DNA from: Camelus dromedarius
Lineage: Eukaryota
Direction of reading: 5' to 3'
Length of the DNA stretch: 64,000 nt
Assembly (NCBI RefSeq): GCF_036321535.1
Contig: NC_087451.1
Location: 27,776,001 to 27,840,000 of the forward strand
Below, piece after piece: positions 55,449 to 64,000 of the stretch. Made by a program: the position numbers and the translations under genes. The notes under the pieces were generated by a model. It searched no databases and was not told where the DNA came from. It worked only from the letters and a program-made list of their open reading frames with translations. The number at the start of each line of letters is the position of its first letter. The first letter of the stretch is position 1.

Positions 55449-58400
55449 TGTGGAGTCAGTTTTCTAAGCAGACGCCGCGCAGGCTTCCTGCTGCCGCTGC
55501 CATTCGGAGGCCTCGGGCCGGGGGGTTGGGGGGGGGGCCGCACAGGCGGAGGGCGCAGGCGGGAGCACGCGGGCGGTCCTTGGTTCCACCTCCAACAGGA
55601 CTCTTGGTTGCTACCCATCTTCACCGATACTAGGTTCTATTTTGTTGTTAAATGTGTGCAAATGTATTTTTTTTAAGTAAAGCAAAAAGGTGCGGGGTCG
55701 CTGCCCGGCGGAAACGTGTCTGGGGTGGGGTGGACCCCTCCTACTGGGGCAGCGCCAAGCCCAGGCACCCCCCCTCTCCTAGCCTCAGCTGGTTTGGATT
55801 CTACCAGAGGCAGAGATTTAAAAACCCTTCAAGAGGCCTCCCTCCCAGCGGGGCTCTTTAGTCGTGTAAGTTCGTAGCCAAGGCCTCTGGGAACCAGCTG
55901 CTGGCACCGTTCCTGGCACCCTGGAGCCAGCTGTGTGGCCCCAGGGGAGCTGCCACTGCCCGGCCCACCCCTTCTCCCACACCTGGTCTGCCTCTAAATC
56001 CATCACATTGAGGCTGCTCCGTGTCTGGGGATGTTTTGATGGAGAACATGTATGTCTGTAGTAGGGGTGTGTGTGTGCCCGTGCATGGAAGCCCCCGGGT
56101 GCCCACCGCCCTCTCCAAGTCTCCGGCTGGGTTGGAAGCATTGGAGGAGCAAGGATGCACTGGGGGCTGCCACGAGGGGCCGCCAGGCACCCCACGAAGG
56201 CCCGGCTCTTGGAGGCTCCAGTGGCAGCCTGCGTCTGTCCCCTGCACACCCCACAGGTTCCACTCGGGGCGGGGGATGAAGGTGCGGGTGCGCATCTGTG
56301 GGGGTGGGGGGAGCAGACAGCGCCTTCCTCTCTGAACCTCATCCCAGGTGGTTGGCGTCCTTCCCTCCTGACCTGCCGGCGCCTCCCCTCCCTGGCCTTG
56401 ATTTTTATTACAAAAGAAACATGTGCAGGTGGGTGGGGGTCCTGCTGCTCTCCAGGCCTCACCAGCCTTCCCAGGCCCCGCTACTGTGGTCCCTGCTGCA
56501 CGCTGGCCTGAGCCCCTCTCCAAGGCCCACACGTGTCCGAACCCGTGAGCCCCACCCGGCTAAGGCTGCTCCTCTTTGGCCTTCACTTGGGCCTTCTGTG
56601 TCTCTTGGACGCCCACTCCCCTCCTGAAGCCAGGGGCCACCCGCTCCGAACTCCCCTCCGGCCTCTATCTGCGGCCTCAAGATTAAGTGAGGTTCTGGTG
56701 GCCGCTGTGCGTGCCCAGAGGTGTCAGGGGGCCCGGGACTTGGAGAGGCCAGGCCCCCCGTGACTGTGCCGGCCACAGTCGCCCCCAAGTCTAGACAGCT
56801 TCTGGGGCTCCCAGGACCTGTCCGCACTCACTGCCCACCTCCTGGGAGTGTCAGCTCTGCCCCAGGGTTCATGCAGCTCCCCTGCGGGCGAGGCCCCGGG
56901 TCACCTCCACCCACATGTCCTCTGAATCCTCCCAACAAGTGGCTGGTGATGGGAGTCGGCCCCTTTCAGAGAAGGAAACAGAGGAACCCCAGCCTGCCCG
57001 AGGACCCTCAGCCGAGGTGGAGGAGGTGGGACACCAGGCCTGGAGGCCAGTCCCTGTGATGACCCCCATTTTACAGATGGGGAGCCTGAGGCTCTGGAGG
57101 TGAGGTGGCCAGCCCAGGGTCTTCAGCCCCCAGAGCCTGTCTGGGGAGAGGCCCGGCCGTGTGCAGCAGGGCTGGGCCAAGGGGGCTGCACCTTCCCCCT
57201 GCCGCATTGTTCTCTCCCTGAGTGACCCCACCCCAGGGGATGCCTGGGTCCTGGCCTCCGTCTGCCAGCTGCCTTTCGCCCCAAGCCACCATCAAGGTGG
57301 TTATGCTTGGCAAAGCCACATTGGGTGCCATCCAGCATGGCTTGATCAAATCAAGCCATTTAGAGGGATGGTGGCGGCGAGAAGGGGATGGGGCCAGGCT
57401 CGGTCAGTGACAAGGCAGCGGGGTTGGGGGCCGGGTAGCACTGCCCAGGAGGCCGGGGAGGCAGGCGACAGGTGGTGCTTGGGCACAGGGGGGCAGGATC
57501 GCAAACGGCCCCTGACCCGGGAGGCCTGGCTGTGGGGGACAGACGAGCCCAGGCCCCCATCTGGGCCATCAGACTGGGATGTTCAGCCCAGGCAAGGTGG
57601 GAGTGGCGGAGGCATGGTCCCTGGCTCCTGCAGGATGAGCCAGGCCAAGTGGATGGGGTGACAAAGAGGCTGGAAAAGGTGAGGAGGGGTCCTGCAGGGC
57701 CGGGGGACCTGGTGAGGACCGGGGAAGCCACTAAAGGAAGTTAAGCCTGGAACTTTGCTCAAGTCAGACTCGCCCAGAAGCACCAGCATGTGAGGCTTGT
57801 TCTCGCTTCTTCCCGCCACCTGTGTCCTTACCGCCTTTGGTGGCTCCCCTGTGCCCCCAGGAGTGCACGGCGGGTGCACACGCGACCTGGCCAGCCTCCC
57901 TGGACTAGCTTTGCTCCGTCCTTGTGTCACCACTCCCCTCGGCGTCCCCGGAGCCCACCTGTGCTCTTCCACGGGCAGAGATGGGCTATTCTCCAGGGAG
58001 TTGTGCGGGGCAGGCGTGCACCTGCGGGACCCCTGAGAAGGGGAAATCGAGGACCTGGGAGGGGGTGGGTGGAACTGGGCTGGGGGTGCGGGGTACTGAT
58101 ATGGGGCATTTTTCAAATCCTGGAAAGGATGACTGAAATTGGTCCTAATAGGCTTGCTGGCATGGCTCCCAGGAGTTAGGGGACCACAGCGCCTGCAGAA
58201 AACAAGGAGGGCTGGGGGTGTTTTTGCAGGAGAACCAGCAGCTGACGGAGGACAGTAAGGAAAGTGCCAGGAGGGAGGATCCAGGCCCGCGTGGCCGTCA
58301 CACCCTCAGGTCCTTGCGGGCTGGACACACGGCTCCTCCCTCCGGGCCTGAGCAAGATGGCGCCATGATCTTTGGTAACCAGTGTGGGAAGGGACGTCCC

Positions 58401-58794
58401 TTTGCCACCTTCTTCCTGTCAGAGGCAAGTCAGTCAGTCCAGTCCGCACGTGCAGGAGAGGACTTCATGAGGGTGTGGGTGCTGCCGGGGGTCCTGGGGC
58501 CGCTTGGAGGGGCCCGCATGGGGAGCAGGCGGCGGGCAGCCGGGGACGGCGTTGTTTGGCCTTTATTCCCCCAAACGGTCAAGGGTGGGCGTCGCCTCCC
58601 TGACACTCCAGACCTGAGCCTGGGCTCAGGTGGCTGCACTCGGGAGAAGGGAGACCACTCGGATCTCTCCCGAGCTGCACAGAGGGGCCGAGCTGGCCCT
58701 CGGACCAAGTAAGCCAAGGAGCCATAGGACCCCCTGCTGGATCAGGGCTTATAGAAGCTGAGACTGGTGTCAGCGTCAAAGACTTGAGACACAG

Positions 58795-59380
58795 GCTCTT
58801 AAAACCTTGGACGTGGAATCACCGCGTGACCCAGCAGTTCCACTCGGTGTGTCCCCAGAAGACACGACTGCAGGGACTCCAACAGCTACTTGTGTGTCCG
58901 TGTTTACAGCGTCACTGTTCACAGCAGCCGAAAGCTGGAGACACCCCGTGTGCCCACCGATGGATGAACGGATAGACAAAGTGTGGCCCATCTATGTAAC
59001 GGGATCTCATTCAGCTTAAGAAGGGAAGACATTCTGGCACCTGCTGCAACACGGATGGGCCTTGAGGACACTGCTCAGTGACGTCAGCCCATCACCAAAG
59101 GACAAATCCTGTAGGATTCCACTCCTGTCGGGGACCCAGAGGTGCCAGGTTCATAGAGACAGGAGGGTGGGCGCCATGGGCCGGGGAAGGTTTGATGGAG
59201 GTTAGGGTTTAATGGGAGTTGCGTCTGGGGGAGATGGAAGGAGTCCCCTGGAGATGGCGTTTGGGCAGCAGCGTGAATGTGCTTAATCCCCCTGAAGTGT
59301 GCTCTTGAAATGGTCAGTTTTATTCTACTTATTATGCATTTATGTTATTCATTACGTTATTGTATTTTACCACAGTAAAC
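58795..59380 (+). mobile_element. Old LINE-1 3' end (L1MA/MB-like)
   Basis: gtgacccagcagttccactc, atggatgaacggatagacaaagtgtgg, acacggatgggccttgaggacac, ggacaaatcctgtaggattccact, ending gtattttaccacag. Confidence 0.8.
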
Positions 59381-61596
59381 TTTTTGAAGTCTTAAGATGC
59401 AGGGCTGTGGGTGCCCATCATGTCCCTGGGTAACTCCCGGGAGTGACCGCCCCCAGCACCAGCTGAGTCGCCGACCACCACAAGCCCAACCCAGCGGGAC
59501 CCCACCCCAACCCCAGGTGGCAGCGTATGCGCGCTCTTTCCCCGGCCACCGCTGCCTCGCGCGGGCGCCCGCCCGGGGCGCATGCTCCCCTGGGTCCTCA
59601 TCGGAGGGGAGGCCGTGCATTCACTGCCTGCCCTAGGGCTGCGTCACGGCTCCTGCTGTCACCAAGGCTAGTGCTTGCAAATGTGCCGCATCAGGAAAGA
59701 TGATTCTGTTTGTGAGTTGTGAGAAACTCCACTCATTGGCTGGAAGGATAAATGGATGGGAACAGGAAACACTTCAGGGTCCACCCTGACCCTGACCAGG
59801 GCCTGGTGGACCCCCAGGAGGGGACACCCTGCAGAGTCCACAGTGACTGTTCCTCCAGGGACCACAGGGGTCTGGGGATGAGCCTGGGCACTGGGCCCTG
59901 TTGTGGGAGTGGCTCCCCGCCCAGGGTGCAGGATGTCCCGGGAGCTAATCACTACTGCCAGGAGCGCCCCCTGTGGTGGCTGGTCCTCCAGGCCCCCTCA
60001 CGGGGGATCTCAGTGTTAGGGTGCAGGCTGAGAGGGAGCCCCTTGGTGGCTTCCTGGTCACCCTCATGGGGTCTGGACAATAAAGCTAAACCCCGTTGGC
60101 TTGGGTGTTAGGACCTGGTCGCACGCAGAGCAAGATGGGATGGGGGGCTTGGAAGCTGATGGGGTGCAGAGACCCAGGGGCCCCTCAGCACCCCTCCACC
60201 ATACCCTGTGTCCAGTGCCGCCGAGGCCTGTGGTGACGGCCCCCTCTGCAGCCCTACTCCTTGCAGCCCTCCCCTGTCACACCTGGACCCCACCATCACA
60301 CCCCCAAAATTATTCACCAAAGACAGGCAGAGCCTTCTTTACACGCGCTGCCCCACAGTCTGCTGGGGTCTTGGCCCGGCTGCAAAATCCCCACTGTCCC
60401 CAGCGGGAGTCCGGATAGACCCTCCAGGTGGGGCAGACTGGCCACACAGTCTGGCCTCGCTTACCGTCTGTCTTCCTCAGCGAGCACTCAGACCACATGA
60501 AATGGCTCTGTGCTCTCCGCCCAGTCACCCTGCTGGCCCTTCCAGGCCTGATCACCTGTCACCCGTGTGAGCCCCCCCAGGGCGCCCCTGCCCGCCCCCG
60601 TGCCTGGCTGGCAGCCGCTCGTGGGCCAGGCCCTGGTGTCTGCATCCTCTCTCCTGTCTGCCCAGTGGCGCGCTCTGGGTGCTGGTGATGCTGGTGGACC
60701 GTCTGGCTGTGGACCTGGGTCGCACCCCTGTCCCCAAGTCTCGCTGAGTTCCGGGAAGGTGGCAGGTGCGGAGGAAATGCCGCCCTAAAGCCAGAGTTCT
60801 CCCCCGCCAGCCCCGGGCGCAGCACCCTGTCTCTGACTCCTGGGCTCCCCTCCGCCAGGCGGGCAGCTTGCATGGGATCTGCACCCTGGCATTTCGGAGT
60901 TTTGTACTTTCTGGACCATTATTGTTCCTGGAAAACTTTCCAGCCAACTTTCCCTTTCACCCTGGAAGGCAGCCTGGCATAGAGGGTCCCTGCTGGTGGC
61001 ACCCCCATCTCTGGCCACACCCTTTGCCACCACCCAGCCTGTCTGCACAGCTGGCTCCAAGCGCTGCTGGCCGTCGGTGACATGAGGCTGCCACCCAGCG
61101 GCCACTCTGGGAGTTTCCAGCTTTCCCCTTGGCAACCAGCCTGCTCGGTGGCCCACCTGTTTCCTCCCTCACCTGCCCCTCCCTTCCTTCCTTCCTCCCT
61201 TCCTCCCTTCCTTCCCTCGGCAAACTACAGTGAGCTCTGCTCCGCTGCTCTCGGCCAGGGCTGGCCCCACGGCTTGAGGGACGCAGCCAGAGAAAAGCTC
61301 AGCCCTCCTCCCCGTGGGGCCAACTTTTAAGGTGAACATAATTTAAAACCAGCGGGCAGGTGGCAGGAGGGATGGGGTGGGACCTGTCTCAGCCTCACGG
61401 GTTCTGCCGGCCACCCTGACCGGGGCCACATTTGGGGCTAGAAGACCTTACCTCTGTGGGGGTGGCGGCCTCCCGAGGGGGAGGGTACGTGACTTGAGTG
61501 ACCAGGAGACTGCAGCGCTCCCGGGAGTCCCCACTCCACCCAGCTCCTGTGTTCTTCACTCAGTTGCCAGGAGTGTCCTGTTTTGTTTTGTTTTGC

Positions 61597-62100
61597 TTTT
61601 TTAACAGCTTTGTTGAGACATAATTCACATACCACATAATTCACTCGTTTAATGTGCACAGTTCAGTGGGTTTTAGTATATTCAGTCAGGCAACCTTCAC
61701 CACAGTTGTTTTAAAACATTTATTTCATCACTTCAAAGGGAACCCCTGCCCCCAGCCCCCAGCCCCCGCGAGCGCTGAGGAGGGTGCATTCCTCCGTCTC
61801 TGAGTTCGCCTGTCCCAGGAGCCTGGGGTGGTGGGATCACTCACTCTGTCCTTGGGGGTCTGGTTCTTGTCCCTGAGCTTAATGCCTTCCAGGTGCGTCA
61901 GGCCTGCAGCAGGTGCGAGGGCCTCCTTCCTCTTGGAGGCCGAGGGCGGCTCGCTTGCCCAGCCCGGGCGCGGCTGCCGCCAGCACCGTGCCGCCTTCCC
62001 TACGGACCTGTTTGCATTCCTGTCGGGCTGAAGCCGAGGGGAGGAATCCCAGGGCGCATGGTGCCGCCATGTGTCGTCGTTCGGTGAACTGCCAGGCCAG
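61597..62100 (-). mobile_element. Old LINE-1 3' end (L1MB-like), distal half strongly GC-shifted
   Basis: ttttaacagctttgttgagacataattcacatacc...cagtgggttttagtatattcag is a typical L1 3' end on the minus strand; collinear but GC-rich L1-like phrases continue to gaactgcc at about 62090. Confidence 0.65.
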
Positions 62101-63228
62101 GGATCCTTTATCGCCCGCCCCTGCCCCCGGCACACCCGGTCAAGGGCCCTAATGGCTCCTGCCTGCCACCCACGGCTTCCGCCCCACCCCGGGGCCCGGC
62201 CCAGCTCCCGCCCGCCGCGGGGCTTGGCCGGCTTCTCTGCCGGGTCTCTCCGGCCTTTCTTTGGTCTCAGAGCCAGGCGGGCTCCGGGACCTCCTTTCTG
62301 CGCTGGCCCTGTGGTGCGCGTACAGCGAATTAGGAGTTCAGACCTGGAGGCTTCAGGAGGGCAAGGCCTCTGTTTCAAAGCACATAATAGAGGCTCCACT
62401 CCTTCGGTGGCAGAAGAAGCTCTCTGAGCAGGAGAGGACCCAGAGCTGTGTTAATTTCCGTGTGGGGTTGCAGTGGCCTGAGCCTGGCCTTGGCTGCAGA
62501 GCACTCTCCAGTCTCTCCCTTTGCTGGTAACACTACCTTGGTTTTCCGTTGGGGATTCTCTGCCCACTCAGTCTAGGAGGCTGGGAACCCAGGCGTGGCC
62601 AGCCAGCCTGTCCTTGGCAGTGAGACTGATTCAGAAAGGCAGATGGCTCGGGTGAGGGCAGTGAGAGACCACCCAGGGCTTTGCTCTCCCCTGCTCCACG
62701 GTGAACCCAAGCTGGCGGAGTGTGGCTGGGATTTGAGGAGAGGCTGCCTGGGGGTGAAGCCACGGGGAAAGTGGGACTGAGGAAAAGAGACAGGGATGAA
62801 GCATCTGGATGGAGCTGTGCCTGGAGCCCAGACGAGCCGATACGTCCCCTCACGCACCAGTCAGTCTGAACTGGGCTTCTGCACCGAGTGATCAAAAGAC
62901 TCCTGCTAACGCGGCCCAGGAGAGCCCTGCACTCTCAGCCTGTTTTCTTCTCAGGGTTTTTCTTGGTGCAGTGATTTGTAAGAGCAGTTGGTGTGTCGGC
63001 CATTTCTTAACCATATACTTTGCAGCCGTTTACTCTGGTCTGTTGTGCGTGTGTTTATAGAACTTTTGCCAGAAGTAATTCCCAAAACTGCGATATGATG
63101 TGTGTCTCTCCTACAATGTATGGGTTTTAATTTTACTGTGTCTTTTTAAGGAGATGCCCTGTATCAGATCAAGAAATCGTTCTACTCCTAGTTTGCTAGA
63201 TTTTGTTTTAATCAAAAATGATTATTAA

Positions 63229-63480
63229 TAGTGGGGGGAGAAGGAGTAAATTAGGAGTCTGGGATAACATATACACACTACCGTATATAAAATAGATAAA
63301 CCACAAGTTCCTACTGTACAGCACAGGGAACTATATTCATGTCTTTTACTAACCCATAATGGAAAAGAGTCTGAAAAAGGATGTGTGTGTATGTAAAACT
63401 GAATCACTCGGGTACACCTGAAACTAACACAACGTTATAAATTAACTAGGTGCTAATTTAAAAAATGGTTAAAAAAATTT
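63229..63480 (+). mobile_element. 5'-truncated artiodactyl-type LINE-1 3' end with TSD, nested in an older antisense L1
   Basis: acactaccgtatataaaatagataaac...ctactgtacagcacagggaactatattc...actgaatcactc...tacacctgaaactaacacaac plus A-tail. Flanks aatgattattaa (63217-63228) and aatgaatattaa (63481-63492) match 11/12. Confidence 0.85.
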
Positions 63481-64000
63481 AATGAATATTAAGTTATATC
63501 ATGTGCTCCTTTGCGGCTATTGAAATACTGGATTTTTTTCCCTCCTTTAACCTATAATGGGGAATACGAGAATCAGGTTCCCGACCCTGAAATCCGCGCT
63601 GAGCCGACCGTGTGTGGTGTACAGCTGACAGCTGACTTCAATTTAGTAACAGTTTCTTGAGGCTTCCTGCTCTCTGGTCAGGAATTAGATTGGTTTTGTT
63701 TCTTAATTTTGAGATTGAGATCATGCTAGCCTTCTGCGAAATGTTTAAGGCAGGGATGTCTCTGTTCCACGAACGTTTAGTGACAGTTCCCCTGCGACAC
63801 CGGCGAGGTCAGGCGTGTCTGTGCCTGTGTGTTCCGGTGATGCCAGCGATACATGTCGAGGCTCTAAAGAAGGCCAGGCACGGAGGACAAGCGGGGCCCA
63901 GTGCCCCAGCAGGGGGGCAGCTCGGTCACCAAGGCAGGCGGGGGGGGGGACAGCCTTATCAGGAAACGGGGGCCCAGCTGCACCCCCAGTGCGGGCTGTG

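Noticed and set aside
63904-63920. CTCF-like ccagcaggggggcag
   Set aside because: An extra G breaks the core spacing, and such near-matches are frequent in G-rich DNA.
49000-64000. Search for an additional gene (e.g. SLC25A10 3' exons) or a pseudogene in the distal intergenic region
   Set aside because: No ORF or exon chain with recognisable protein similarity; the ORFs listed are GC-rich or repeat-derived.

Overview
GC-rich mammalian genomic DNA, orthologous to human 17q25.3 but in reverse orientation. The tRNA-derived SINEs and artiodactyl-type L1 ends suggest a camelid; this is an inference from recalled repeat consensus sequences. Five intact spliced genes were reconstructed exon by exon with GT-AG boundaries and open frames: ARHGDIA (+, 204 aa), P4HB (+, 509 aa), PPP1R27 (+, 154 aa), MCRIP1 (+, 97 aa) and GCGR (-, 481 aa). 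Four have CpG-island promoters; PPP1R27 has a TATA-type promoter. The first ~3.9 kb and everything beyond ~49 kb is intergenic and rich in LINE, SINE and LTR fossils. I found no convincing new gene or novel genetic system. The best leads are regulatory or evolutionary: (1) a strong-Kozak, out-of-frame 79-codon uORF overlapping the GCGR start; (2) an old L1 fragment apparently turned into a CpG-rich patch by AT-to-GC substitution; (3) a consensus splice donor directly before the ARHGDIA ATG; (4) a QKI/RBFOX motif cluster in the ARHGDIA 3'UTR; (5) two perfect MEF2 sites and an E-box/MCAT cluster around PPP1R27; (6) a (GGC)14 tract and a 14-bp tandem repeat at the MCRIP1 promoter. All comparisons with human or mouse sequences and repeat consensus sequences are from memory and need a real alignment.
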